A stretch of 64,000 nt of DNA, taken from contig NC_068987.1 of NCBI RefSeq assembly GCF_001194135.2, positions 76,905,178 through 76,969,177 of the forward strand, given 5' to 3'. This document shows, piece by piece, positions 12,064-25,220 of this stretch. This stretch comes from Octopus bimaculoides. Lineage: Eukaryota. How positions within the stretch are numbered: position 1 is the first letter of the stretch; each line of letters opens with the position of its first letter. The translations under genes and the position numbers were made by a program. The notes below the pieces were generated by a model. It saw only the letters and a list, made by a program, of their open reading frames with translations. It did no database searches and was not told where the DNA came from.

Positions 12064-12651
12064 TTCCTTTTACTAACCCTCACCTATTCATCAAGTAAAG
12101 AATCTTTTATTTTGTACAGCTTTGAGGGTGCAAAGCAAGTGAATGAATTGTTAACAAGTGGCAACAACACTAATCATAGGTTGCAACTTCCAATTTTACA
12201 AAAAATATAAAACAGAACACATTGGATAGTCATATCTGGGAACATTTTCTCTCATACATTTGTTGGAACTGGGATGATTTGTGCTAACTTGTAATATTGA
12301 GTAAAAAATATACTCTGCTGAGCAAAACATAAGACCAAAACATGTACACAATTATCTCCCTTACTGGCAAACACAGATCAAGTTTTTCTTTCACTTAAAT
12401 ATGTAAATTAACTCTAAGAGATTAATTCTTGATTTCTCAAAATTATCTCCCATTTTCTTTAAGTAGTCTCTGTACCAACTAACATTAGATTTTTGTTTTC
12501 TTTCTTCAACTTTCCTGCATCATTCATCCTTTAGGCTGCAACATCTGTTTCAGTAGCATTTGCTTCTGCTGTTAGCTGTGGGTATTTTCTTTTTTTTGTA
12601 GCCCCAGATCAGCCATGGAAAAGCTGACCTATCAAAGCAATATGAACATAC

Positions 12652-12830
12652 AGGAACAGGAGTAGCTATGTGGTAAGTAGCTTGCTCACCAGCCACATGG
12701 TTCCAGGTTCAGTCCCACTGCAAGGCACCTCGGGCAAGTGTCTTGTACCATAACCTCGGGCTAACCAAAGTCTTGTAAGTGGATTTGGTAGACAGAACCT
12801 GAAAGAAGCCCGTTGTGTGTGTGTCTGTAA

Positions 12831-12920
<90 letters not shown>

Positions 12921-13143
12921 GTGTGTGTGTGTTTGTGTGTCTGTGTTTGTCCCCCCACCATCGCTTGGCAACTGATGTTGGTCTGTTTACATCCCTGTAA
13001 CTTAGCAGTTTCAGCAAAAGAGGCCAATAGAATAAGTACTAGGGCTTACAAAGAATAAGTCCTGGGGTCACTTTGTTCAACTAAAGGTGGTGCTCCAGCA
13101 TGGCCACATTCAAATAACTGAAACCAGTAAAAGAACAAAAGAA
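12652..13143 (+). mobile_element. SINE family A, full length
   Basis: tRNA-like head AGTAGCTATGTGGTAAGTAGCTTGC...GGTTCAGTCCCACTGC, then GGGCAAGTGTCTT body, internal (GT)n and tail CCAGCATGGCCAC...ACTGAAACCAGTAAAAG. Confidence 0.92.
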
Positions 13144-13579
13144 ATACAGGCATACACTTTTAGTCTTTTACTTTTTATGTCTAGATGTCCTTCCTAATAC
13201 TGACTACTTTACAGAATGTTCTACGAGCACTTTGTCATAGTATCAGTGCTATGGAGGCCATCATGACTTCAACAGCACTAAAGAGTAATCTCTGCTCTAT
13301 GTTGTCTCTATCAATTTGCCAATGACAACAGATTGAACTGAATGCATTTTAAAGCATGGCACCAGCACAAGAGTGGTTGCCCTGTCTCCTGCAAGACTAT
13401 TGAGTTCTCTCCTCTCTGTGCTACCTTCATTCTTTTGAGACAGATTTGACTAAGATGATCAGTGCAAATGAGAGTGAAGACCACAAGAATAAAAGAAGAG
13501 AATATGACGGACATGAGTGTGATAGGGGTAAGGGTATGAGAGGGAAAGGAATAATGAGAGAGAGAGAGAGGGAGAGAGA

Positions 13580-13628
<49 letters not shown>

Positions 13629-14317
13629 ATAGTTACTTGTTGTTAAGGAAGCACAATAGAGAAACAGCATGAGCAATTTGATGGGATAATAAGAAAGAGC
13701 AACCGATGTATTGCAGTAGTGATATACCCATAGGAAGTATAAGTGGTAGACATCGATGTAGAGTCGCAAGAGAGAGAGATAGAGATAGAGAGAGAGAGGG
13801 AGAGAGAGAGAGAGAGAGAGAGAGTGGGAGAGATGGTTAATAAAACAAAAGGGTGGTATAAGAAATAGATATAAAAATACTAAATATTAAAAAAAATAAA
13901 TAGCCCAGGATTCTTGGTGCAATGGTAATGTCTTGTTGATTTAATGGTTAACACATATGCTTAAAGGGTGAATTGGTGGAATCATTAGATCTTCAGACAA
14001 ATTGCACTGTTTAGCTATAACCCTTTACATTATCAGTTTAAATCCTGTTGAGATCAATTCCGCCTTTGATCCTTCTGGGATCAATAGAATAAAATATCAT
14101 CCGAGCAGAGTTTAATATCTCCATAAAGCTTCCTGGAAGTGTATGGAATTATAACAGAAAGCAAACACACAAGAGACACGATGTTTGATTCCTGTGCAGA
14201 AGTTAATTATTTTCCTATCAAAGAATTTGTTTCCAAATGTTTACAACTGAGAATCAAACCTTTAAAGCTCATTCGCTGACCTGATTTGCAGAGCATTTGC
14301 TGCCTATTCTTCAATGC

Positions 14318-14760
14318 TGTGTGGCTAAGAAGTTTGCTTTGCAAGCCTGGGGTTCCAGGTTCCATACCACTGTGTGGTAGAGGGTAGAGTGTAGTGATGA
14401 GGTACATGGCTTAATGCCTGGTGACGAGAGGTCAAAGCATAGTAGAGGGACAGAAACGGGTCTCTCGCTGTAGAGATATATGGCTACCCCAGTCAGAAAA
14501 GAGAAAAAATGGTGTTGAAGATATAAACAGGGAGTACCCTTGGTTACTGGAAGGTTAATATAAGAGAAGTGCAGAGGATTGGTCAGGGTGAGAGGGTAGA
14601 TAAGTAAATTCAGAAGGTGTGAAAGGAGAATGCCAGATAAATAGAGACAGGGACAGAGGGGAAACATTGTTAGTGGATTTGGTTCTATGGAAACTGAAAG
14701 AAGCCCATCAGCTGTGTACGTGTGTGTGTTTCTGTGTGTTTCTGTGTCCTTGTCTTGATG
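14318..14760 (+). mobile_element. SINE family A, interrupted
   Basis: Head at 14318-14380 and GTTAGTGGATTTGG...GAAACTGAAAGAAGCCC at 14670-14710, separated by unrelated sequence. Confidence 0.55.
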
Positions 14761-14839
14761 TTGGATGATGGTTTTAGACAAGCATCATTCCTTTCTGATT
14801 TATTGTAAAAAATATCTGACCATGGAGGAAATGTTGGTT

Positions 14840-15045
14840 TCAAATTTTGGTTTATGGCCAGTAAGGTTTGTGGGGAGGGGATAAGTCGATTATATCAACC
14901 CCAGTGGTCAACTGGTACTTATTTTATCGACCCCAAAAGCATGAAAGGTAAAGTCGAACTTGGCAGAATTTTAACTCAGAATGTACAGACGGATGAAATT
15001 CCACTAAGCATTTTGTTTGTTTGGCATGCTAACAGTTCTGCCTTT
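14840..15045 (-). mobile_element. SINE family B
   Basis: ACTGGTACTTATTTTATCGACCCC...ATGAAAGGTAAAGTCGA...AATTTTAACTCAGAATGTA. Confidence 0.85.
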
Positions 15046-15741
15046 ATACCATGGGGGATATATAACCTTCCTTGCGAACAGGCAAGGGTTAATGACAGGA
15101 GGGTTGATATTCAGTCAAAGAACATCGGCCTCAATGAAACTCTTCTGACCCATACAAGGAGGGAAAAGTGGATGTCAATAAGAATGATGATGCAGATTTA
15201 CCAAAGAAAAGAAATGACTTCAAAACCATTACCATTTCCTTATTAGTCCACTAGTGAAATTCACTGCCAAACGTTTCTGTGTTTAAAAATACATTTTAAA
15301 ACCTGCATATGCATATTGAGTACTTTTTAAATTTAATATTTGATTATGTTTGTTTGTCTATTCTCATATATAAAACACCTATATGTATATATTACCACCA
15401 ACAGGCATAAGCAAAGTTTAGGTTAGTTAAAATATGTTTGTGATATATTTCAACTGCTAAAAGATAAATTCACTGCAGTTACTATAGAGAAAATTTTCTC
15501 TTATGGTAAAAAAGGTATAAGAACTCCATATCTGTTTAGTGTTGCCATCTATCAGTATTCCCAGACATCAATGTTTCTAGCTCCTTAGCTCATATCAATG
15601 GGAGATACCAAAGAGAGGCACCTATGAACAGATCTTATAAAACTATAGCTTTATCTAAAATACAGTCAACATTGACTGATTTGCACCAGTAGACGAGCAG
15701 GTTGTAGAAATTACTGAAATATATATATATATGTGTATATG

Positions 15742-15811
<70 letters not shown>

Positions 15812-15922
15812 GAAGGAGAGAGAGGGAGAGAGAGATCACTACACATATACACACATACATACACAGATATACACATACACATAGACACATACACATACAT
15901 ACACACATAAACATACACAAAT

Positions 15923-15981
<59 letters not shown>

Positions 15982-16589
15982 CATATACATATATGTAGCA
16001 GACAGTTTTTCCTTCAAACATATCACATACGTTAAAAACACAATTGTTTTTGTGTTTAAGCTTTTCTTATGAATGTATTTTTCTATTTTATTTTTTTTAA
16101 TATNNNNNNNNNNNNNNNNNNNNNNNNNNNNNNNNNNNNNNNNNNNNNNNNNNNNNNNNNNNNNNNNNNNNNNNNNNNNNNNNNNNNNNNNNNNNNNNNN
16201 NNNNNNNNNNNNNNNNNNNNNNNNNNNNNNNNNNNNNNNNNNNNNNNNNNNNNNNNNNNNNNNNNNNNNNNNNNNNNNNNNNNNNNNNNNNNNNNNNNNN
16301 NNNNNNNNATATATATATATATACATCTGTTATACATATGTGTGTGAGTTTCATATAATTTGTTCTGTGAAGGACATAACTTAATGCCTAATACATTTGC
16401 ACAAGTCTGCTTTCCAGAATTCAGTTGTTATTCACTGCAGTTACCATAGAGAAATTTTTTTCTTTTGATAAAAAGGTAGGATTCCCTGTGTTCCTTTCAA
16501 GCGTTGGGCCTCACAGAGGAAAAGTAGCTGAGTTCTTTTCAAACATTGGGATTCACAGTGACAAAGTGGCTGAGTTCAGTTCAAGCAAT

Positions 16590-16885
16590 GGGCCTCACGG
16601 AGGCAATGACCATGGTATTTGGCATTATGTCATGCTTGAGAAGAAGACCCATCAAGCTGAACAAAATCACAGTTGTGGCAGATACTGGTGTCATGCAAAT
16701 GGTACATGTTCCAGTGGCACGTAAAAGCACCCATTACACTCTCAGAGTGGTTGGCGTTAGGAAGGGCATCCAGCCATAGAAAACCATGCCAAATCAGACT
16801 GGAGTCTGGTGCAGCCTACCAGTTTACCAGCTCTGGTCAAACCATCCAACTCATGCCAACATGGATAACAGACGTTAAATAATGA
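16590..16885 (+). mobile_element. RTE-tailed short element (family C)
   Basis: GGCACGTAAAAGCACCCATTACACTCTCAGAGTGGTTGGCGTTAGGAAGGGCATCCAGC...CAGACGTTAAATAATGA. Confidence 0.88.
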
Positions 16886-16939
16886 TTATTATTATTATTA
16901 TTATCATTATTATTATGGTTGGTTGATGTTTGCGTTAAC

Positions 16940-17378
16940 CTTTTATCTTTTCCTTGTTTCAGTTATTAGACTGCGGCCATGCTGGGGCACTGTCTTGTAA
17001 AAGATTTTAATAATATGAATCGGCTCCAGTAGTTATTCCTTTTAGTCTAACTCTGGTGCTTATTCTATCAGTCTCTTTTGCCTAACTGCTAAGTTACAGG
17101 AACATAAACACAGCAACATCAGTTGTCAAATAGTGGTGGGAGACAAACACAGGCACAAATACACAAAGACTCAAACACGCACACACAGGCATGTGTGCAC
17201 ACACACACACATACATACACCCACACACACACACATATACGATGGCCTTCTTTCAGTTTCCACCTACCAAGTCCAATCACATGGCTTTGATTTGCCTGAA
17301 GCTTTGGTACAAGACACTTGTCTAAAGTGTCATGCAGCAGGACTGAGCCCAGAACCATGTAGTCGGGAAGCAAGTTTC
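16940..17378 (-). mobile_element. SINE family A
   Basis: Reverse-complement tail, (CA)n and head. Confidence 0.85.
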
Positions 17379-17379
17379 T

Positions 17380-17610
17380 TATTTCTTTACTGCCCATAAG
17401 GGGCTACACACAGAGGAGACAAACAAGGACAGACAAAGGGATTAAGTCAATTACATCGTCCCCAGTGCGTAACTGGTACTTAATTTATCGACCCCGAAGG
17501 GATGAAAGGCAAAGTCGACCTCGGCGGAATTTGAACTCAGAACATAGCGGCAGATGAAATACCACTAAGCATTTCGTCCGGCATGCTAACATTTCTGCCA
17601 GCTCACCGCC
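17380..17610 (-). mobile_element. SINE family B, long-tail variant
   Basis: TATTTCTTTACTGCCCATAAGGGG...GGACAGACAAAGGGATTAAGTC...GTCGACCTCGGCGGAATTTGAACTCAGAAC...CTGCCAGCTCACCGCC. Confidence 0.9.
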
Positions 17611-18349
17611 TTCTTACCACACAGCTACACCTGAACCAAATCTGTAGATTCAATGCTTGTAGGGGGGAAAACGTGGTTCAAAAGATGTGAATGGGGTGTC
17701 TGCAGTTCCGAGGTAGATAGATTTAACATTGTTAATGCAGTTAAGACAGGTGTGAGAAGCAATCAATATAATAATATGAGGAGAGGGAAGTTCATGATTC
17801 AGGTAGGGCTGGTGTTGCTTTACAGTTTGCCTGGCCAGTGGTTGCTAAGCTCTCGGTCAGTCCTTATGAAGAAACTTACAATCAAATGAATTCCAACCAT
17901 GATCATCCAATCTTACCCCCTAGGTTCATAAAACACAGAACATCATTATCTAATGTATCGTTTTCTAAAACTGCAGGATGAAATTTGATGGCTATTTCTA
18001 GCCAGTCAAGCAACTACATAGAGGCTCCTCATCTGTTGTCAACAACCAGATTAACCAAATGCAGTCCATGGTATTGTTGTTGTTGCTGTTTTGGTCCAGA
18101 TCAGTTCTGACTGAGCTGAACTTTGGTCAAAAACATTCCAGCTGTCACCATTGCATCTTATATTCAGACATGATACATCCGGTAACACATTATCCAGTGT
18201 ATTCTTCAATTTTTTTTAGAGTGTGGTTTGAAGGAGATTTGGCAGCCATGCCTAGCAATTTGAATGACTATGTAACAGCTCCTTTGATGATTTGTCCAGA
18301 TGTGTGTGCAAGTGAGTGTGTGTGTGTGTTTGTGTGTGCGTGTAAGTAT

Positions 18350-18690
18350 GTCATCATCATCATCATCGTCATTTAACGTCCGCTTTCCATGCTAGCATAG
18401 GTTCGATGATTTGACCGAGGACTGGTGAACCAGATGGCTACACCAGGCTCCAATCTGATTCGGCAGAGTTTCTACAGCTGGATGCCCTTCCTAACGCCAA
18501 CCACTCCGATAGTGTAGTGGGTGCTTTTACGTGCCACCGGCACGAAGGCCAGTCAGGCGGTGGCAACGGCCACACTCAAAATAGTGTGTTTTACGTGCCA
18601 TCTGCACAGGAGCCAGTCCAGCGGCACTGGCAACAAACTCACTCGAATGTCTTTTCACATGCCACTGGCACAAGTGCCAAGAAGGTGACG
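18350..18690 (-). mobile_element. RTE-tailed short element (family C)
   Basis: Near-identical to 11745-12063. Confidence 0.9.
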
Positions 18691-19755
18691 TTATAAGTAT
18701 GTGCAGTGACTGTAGTTTCTCAGTATTCTTATGTAGAATATACTCAGAGTTTTGTAAGAGGTTAGCAACAGAAATGGATACTCAGACGTTAGAATAGAGT
18801 TTTGATAAAACTTAATGTTTTAATCTTTTTACTCATCGATTATAATTCCATTCATATCTTCGATAAATTTTAGTAATATCAACCAGCTCCAGTGCTTGAA
18901 TGATTCTTTATTTTATTGATCTGCTGAAGGGCTAAGTACAAATTTGACCTTGGAAGATTGAACTCATTGCATAAATTCATTCATTTCTTTGTTCGGTTTT
19001 GTGTGTCTCTTATTCCATAGAAAGATAAACAAAATGTACTGAGGAAGATTTTCTGTGACTGAATGCTCTTCCAGTCACTAACCTTTACCTGTTTTCAAGT
19101 AAAGTATTTTTTTTTTTTTTCATTTTTTCATTTCTCTGGTTCTTACATTCTAAAAGCTGGAAACATGGGGCTTTTTGCTTACTGGACAAAGACGCTATCT
19201 TTACCAGTGTTAAACAGAACATAAGGAATGACATTTATACACACACATACAGACACACACATACAAACACATGCACACACATGCACACGCAGATTTTGCT
19301 TTTTGCAGGGACTAAAATTATCAAAATTTTGAATACTTCTTATGTTAAAATTATGATAAAATGGCAGACTGAACGTGTCAAACGTGTACAGAAGGATTAT
19401 GGAGTGGGCCCTATCTTTTGTTAGTCAGGCACACTGAAGTAGATGAAACAAAACAGAACCATATTCCACACTTAGAAGCTTAGAACAATAGAATGCTATA
19501 TTTAGAATGGAAAAATATTGAGGTCAGCAATCCAATAAAACTGATGGAGGGTGTTTTTTATTTATTTATTAATTTTTTTTTTTTTTTTTTAATTTTTTTT
19601 ATGCCCAGTGTCAAAAAGACAAGATTTCACTGTAATTTCAAGGATGAATGATTTGTACCATTAGGAAGAACATCTTCACCACAAAAGTTATTTCTGTCCA
19701 GGGAAAGAGCACCACCATACTGAAGCCAATATAGTTAAATGGAGACAATACTCCT

Positions 19756-19824
<69 letters not shown>

Positions 19825-20084
19825 AATATGCATATGTAAGTATACACACACATGCACACATACATATATATGCAAACACACATCTATACACAAACATATC
19901 CATACACAAATATGCATACATGAACACACATACATACATGCACAAACATATATATGCTCATTCATATATATATATGTATGTATGTATGTGTGTGTATGTA
20001 TATATACATAAATATATATATGTATATGTATATATATATATACCCACACAAACACACATACACATACATACATACTCACACACA

Positions 20085-20156
<72 letters not shown>

Positions 20157-20880
20157 AAACAATGTTGTGCAGGTATTTGAGAAATGATTTTCCAGCTGTC
20201 AACCATGTGTCATAAAAATCCATTGCACCAAAACCCATTCTTCTATGTATCGAAATAATTAGCCAAGTCTTCCACTGTTTACGCTAGGGATCTTGGAAAT
20301 CAACCTAAGCTGCCAAAATGTCCCCAATGCATTGTTCTCCCAGAGATGTGAGCTTATCTGCTTGCTCACATTTTACAACTAGAACACACACACAAAAAAA
20401 ATATCTACTTGCACACAAGATTTTCAACATCAAATTGAATTATTTTAATTGAAGATAGCACATGGATGCACACATTGTTTACAAAGAAAGACATCATTTG
20501 TACACAATCAAATTTCTCCACTCACCCACAGCAAAACATGAAAGGGGACTCATGGAATCTAAGTTCACATATATACAAACATGTGTTTTTTTTTGTGTGT
20601 TGTGTGTATCGTTGTTACACTATTTAATGTCTATTTTCCATGCTGACATGGGTTGGACAGTTTGGTAGGAGACAATAAACCAGAGGACAGCACCAAATCC
20701 TAGTGTGTATTTAGGTATGGTGTTTACAGTGGATGCCATTCCTAAGACCATGCTAACTCTATATATATATATATATATATNNNNNNNNNNNNNNNNNNNN
20801 NNNNNNNNNNNNNNNNNNNNNNNNNNNNNNNNNNNNNNNNNNNNNNNNNNNNNNNNNNNNNNNNNNNNNNNNNNNNNNNN

Positions 20881-21192
20881 AGCCTAGTACTTATTCTATC
20901 GGTCTCTTTTGCCGAACCACTAAGTTATGGGGACGTAAACACACCAGCATCAGTTGTCAAGCGATGTTGGGGGGGACAAACACAGACACACAAACACACA
21001 CATACATATATATATATATACATATACATATATACGATGGGCTTCTTTCAGTTTCCGTCTACCAAATCCACTCACAAGGCTTTGGTCGGCCCGAGGCTAT
21101 AGTAGAAGACACTTGCCCAAGGTGCCACGCTATGGGACTGAACCCGGAACTATGTGGTTGGTAAGCAAGTTACTTACCACACAGCCACTCCT
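20881..21192 (-). mobile_element. SINE family A (3' end lost in gap)
   Basis: Low-divergence copy with CpGs retained. Confidence 0.9.
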
Positions 21193-21196
21193 TCAC

Positions 21197-21312
21197 CTGT
21201 ATATAAGGAGCGCATATTATACACAAGGTTTAGGTTTTTCATAGGTACAGCCCCCTAAAAATCCCCTGTGTATTATACTCAAGGGCAGACTATACTCAAG
21301 GATTTACGGTAC
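21197..21312. mobile_element. Half of a pogo/Tc1-mariner-like MITE
   Basis: Ends ATACTCAAGGATTTACGG|TA, the same terminal style as 28564-28737 and 62440-62956. Confidence 0.5.
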
Positions 21313-21339
21313 ATCTATCTTGGGCAAGCGTCTTCTATT

Positions 21340-21426
21340 ATAAACTTAGACCAACCAAAGCCTCATGAGTAAAAACTGAAAGAAGCCCAACATATATGTG
21401 TATGTGTGTGTGTGTGTGTATGTGTG

Positions 21427-21475
<49 letters not shown>

Positions 21476-22140
21476 TTTTGTGCCTGTGTTTGTCCTCCAC
21501 CATTGCTTGACAACTGCTGTTGGTTTGGTTTCGTCATCATAGCTTACAGTTCTGCAAAAGAGACCAATAGGATGAGTGCCAAGCTTTAAAAAAAAAAATA
21601 TGAGAAGTACTTTGGGTGATCCAATCACCAAAAATTCTTTGAGATTGTGCCCCAGCATGGCCACAGACTAATGACTGAAACACATAAAAGATATAAGGTA
21701 TATATATGGAGTGGCTGTGTGGTAAGTAGCTTGCTTACTAACCACATGGTTCTGGGTTCAGTCCCACTGCGTGGCACCTTGGGCAAGTGTCTTCTACTAT
21801 AGCCTTGGGCTGACCAAAGCGTTGTGAGTGGATTTGGTAGACGGAAACTGAAAGAAACTCGTCGTATGTATGTATATGTATATATATATATGTATGTGTG
21901 TGTATGTGTGTCTGTATTTGTCCCCCCACCATTGCTTGACAACCGATGCTGGTGTGTTTACATCCCTGTCACCTAGTGGTTCGGCAAAAAGAGACCGATA
22001 GAATAAGTACTAGGCTTACAAAGAATAAGTCCTGGGGTCGATTTTCTTGACTAAAGGCGGTGCTCCAGCATGGCAGCAGTCAAATGACTGAAACAAGTAA
22101 AAGAGTAAAAGAGTAAAATAGTAAAAGAGTAAAAGAGTAT
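21340..22140 (+). mobile_element. Two tandem SINE family A copies (partial 21340-21690; full 21709-22140)
   Basis: Direct match to the family A consensus. The second copy ends in (GTAAAAGA)n. Confidence 0.9.
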
Positions 22141-22540
22141 ATATATATTTATAATCTAGGGACCAAGAATAAAAGAAAAATATGATTAACAACAAGAGCA
22201 ATGGATGAAGATCAAGAAGCTGAGCCGGAAAATGATGACAACGACGATGAAGATGATGATGATGATGATAATAATAATGATAACAATGGGCTTATTTCAT
22301 TACATGATGACAATGATGATTATGACAACAATGATGCTGATAATGATGATGAATGCAATGGTGATTGATTGTGGTGATGGTGATGGTGATGATGAAGATG
22401 AGAGCAGTATGTCACAATAGAGTGATGCCAAAATTCCAAAATATTGCCATTTCACAAAAAATCAATAAATATTCTACATACACACGTGCATGTGTGCACG
22501 TGTGTATGTGTGTGTGTATGAATGCATTTCTATGTATATT

Positions 22541-22582
<42 letters not shown>

Positions 22583-22917
22583 AATAAATATATATATATA
22601 TATATATNNNNNNNNNNNNNNNNNNNNNNNNNNNNNNNNNNNNNNNNNNNNNNNNNNNNNNNNNNNNNNNNNNNNNNNNNNNNNNNNNNNNNNNNNNNNN
22701 NNNNNNNNNNNNNNNNNNNNNNNNNNNNNNNNNNNNNNNNNNNNNNNNNNNNNNNNNNNNNNNNNNNNNNNNNNNNNNNNNNNNNNNNNNNNNNNNNNNN
22801 NNNNNNNNNNNNNNNNNNNNNNNNNNNNNNNNNNNNNNNNNNNNNNNNNNNNNNNNNNNNNNNNNNNNNNNNNNNNNNNNNNNNNNNNNNNNNNNNNNNN
22901 NNNNNNNNNNNNNNNNN

Positions 22918-22953
<36 letters not shown>

Positions 22954-22982
22954 TATACATATATATATACATATATTTATAT

Positions 22983-23015
<33 letters not shown>

Positions 23016-23066
23016 TATATGTATATATATATATATGTGTATGTATGTATGTATGTATCTATGTAT

Positions 23067-23115
<49 letters not shown>

Positions 23116-23469
23116 TGTCTTCAGTAGAATCTTTAGTATTGCGTTCTGGTATTTCTGGACTGATTATAGTTGGAACAGAATGTCAGGAAAGTACTGGCAC
23201 TGGTATTGGATGGACGGTGCCGTGGAGGGTGAATTCAGCAGTGCAGGACCATGATAAGTTAAATAGGAAGTAAAGTGGCGGAGAAGAAGGAGGCAGCGGA
23301 GGACAGATGCAAAAAGAAAAAAAGGAAGAAGAAGGAGATACAATTATCTTATTCCTGCAGGACATAGTAAGAATTGCTACAATTTCCTTCAATGAGTTGG
23401 GAAGGGTCCTGTTGTTTCGTTAGAATTTTGATGGACAGATCAATAAACTATTACTTCTACAATTACTAC

Positions 23470-23800
23470 TATGGCTAATCATAATAATAATGATTATGAT
23501 AATAATAATAATAATAATAATAATAGTAATAATAATGATGATGATAATAATGGTAATAACAAAGATGACGATGATGATGATGATGATGATGATTTTGGTG
23601 GTGGTGGTTGTGGTGGTGGTGGTGGTGGTGGTGGTGGTGGTGGTGATGATGATGATGACAGTGGCGACAATGATAACGATGATCATGGTGATGATATATG
23701 ATGATGATGATGACAACAAGGACAATGACAACGATGATGACAACGATGATGATAATAATGATGATGATGATGATAATAATGATGATGATGATGATGATTT
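23470..23800. repeat. Compound trinucleotide field (AAT)n(GAT)n(GGT)n(GAC)
   Basis: Direct reading of the sequence. Confidence 0.95.
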
Positions 23801-23977
23801 CAAATTTTGGCTCAAGGCGAGTAAGTTGGAGGTGGTGGGGGCATAAATCGATTACATCAACCAGCAGTATGCAACTGGTACTTATTTTATCGACCACGAA
23901 AAGATGAAAGGCAAAGTCGACTTCAGTCTGTCTTCAATAAATTCTATCTGACCAATACAAACATGGCAAAGAGGACA

Positions 23978-24095
23978 TTAACCCTTTAGCATTTAAACTG
24001 ACCATATCTGGCCAAAATATTCTTCCAGTTTTATGGTTAACCCTTTAGCATTTAAACAGGCCATATCTCACCAAAATATTCTTTTCTACTCTAGG
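23978..24095. mobile_element. Tandemly duplicated piggyBac-like MITE left end (59-bp period)
   Basis: TTAACCCTTTAGCATTTAAAC..CCATATCT..CCAAAATATTCTT at 23978 and 24037. Confidence 0.6.
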
Positions 24096-24505
24096 TCCAA
24101 GGGCAGAAATTTTTGGAGAGGGGCCAGTCAATTAAATTTACTCCAGTACACAACTGGTACTTAATTTATTATCTCTGAAAGGATTAAAGGCAAAGTCGAC
24201 CTCGGCGGAATTTGAACTCAGAACGTAAAGACAGACGAAATATCACTAAGCATTTCACCCAGCATGCTAACGTTTCTTATTTCTTTATTGCCCACAAGGG
24301 GCTAAACATAGAGGGGACAAACAAGGACAAACAAAGGGATTAAGTCGATTACATTGACCCCAGTTCGTAACTGGTACTTATTTAATTGACCCCAAAAGGA
24401 TGAACGGCAAAGTCGACCGTGGCAGAATTTGAACTCAGAACGTAGCAGCAGACAAAACACTGCTAAGCATTTTGCCCGGCATGCTAACGATTCTGCCAGC
24501 TTGTG
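24085..24505 (-). mobile_element. Two tandem SINE family B copies
   Basis: Two GGCAAAGTCGACC..GG.AGAATTTGAACTCAGAACGTA cores, at about 24190 and 24405. Confidence 0.88.
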
Positions 24506-24539
24506 GCTTTAGAAGCAGCAAGATAACGCATGATAACGA

Positions 24540-24850
24540 ATGTTGAGCCTCATGGAGGCATCGACAAGTGACCGAGACCTTTGGCCGTATGTCATGCTTA
24601 GGAAGACCAATCAAACCAGGTAAAATTGCAGTCACTGTCATGGCTGATGCCAATGTCATATAACTGGTACCCATGCTGGCGGCACATAAAAAGGCACCCA
24701 CTACGCTCTTGGTGTGGTTTGCGTTAGGAAGTGCATCCAGCTGAAAAAAAACCATGCCAAATCAGACTGAAACCTAGTACAGCTCCTCAGCTTACCAGAT
24801 TTCAGTCAAACCATCCACCATTGTGGAAAAGGGGCGTTAAATGATGATGA
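24540..24850 (+). mobile_element. RTE-tailed short element (family C)
   Basis: GTGACCGAGACCTTTGG...AAAAGGCACCCACTACGCTC...GGCGTTAAATGATGATG. Confidence 0.8.
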
Positions 24851-25220
24851 TGACGATGACGATGACGATGATGATGATGATGATGATGATGACGACAATG
24901 ACAACAACAACGACGACGATGATGATAATGATGATGATGATGATATACTTGACAGAATAATTTGAATGCTAAGGGGTGAAACCAGCCAGATCTGGCTTCT
25001 CCTTCCTTACTGCACGATGCCCTTCTAAAACAATCACATTATTGAAATCTTGAAGCTATGAAATATTGCATGATTAATTCAAAACAATGTGAAGAAACGA
25101 ACATTGCGCTTGGCTGATTACTCTGAATGTGAAACGGTTAATTTATGTTGACGATGATTTAGTGATAGATTGGATGGTGCATAGAGTACAAGTTGTGTAG
25201 TGTATCATGTATTGTGCATG

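Noticed and set aside
12652-12730. tRNA-like heads of SINEs A, B, D, E, F and G as tRNA genes
   Set aside because: They have A and B boxes but no complete cloverleaf, and they continue into SINE bodies.
14854-15246. 130-aa plus ORF
   Set aside because: The first half is SINE B antisense, and the rest has no recognisable features.
20954-21244. Recurrent peptide RLPNPLTRLWSARGYSRRHLPKVPRSGTEPGTMWLVSKLLTT in many ORFs
   Set aside because: It is the antisense translation of SINE A, not a protein family.
8672-23907. Dozens of ORFs of the [18 protein letters not shown], poly-I/M/D type (also at 40-41, 46-47, 56 and 63 kb)
   Set aside because: They are translations of di- and trinucleotide microsatellites.
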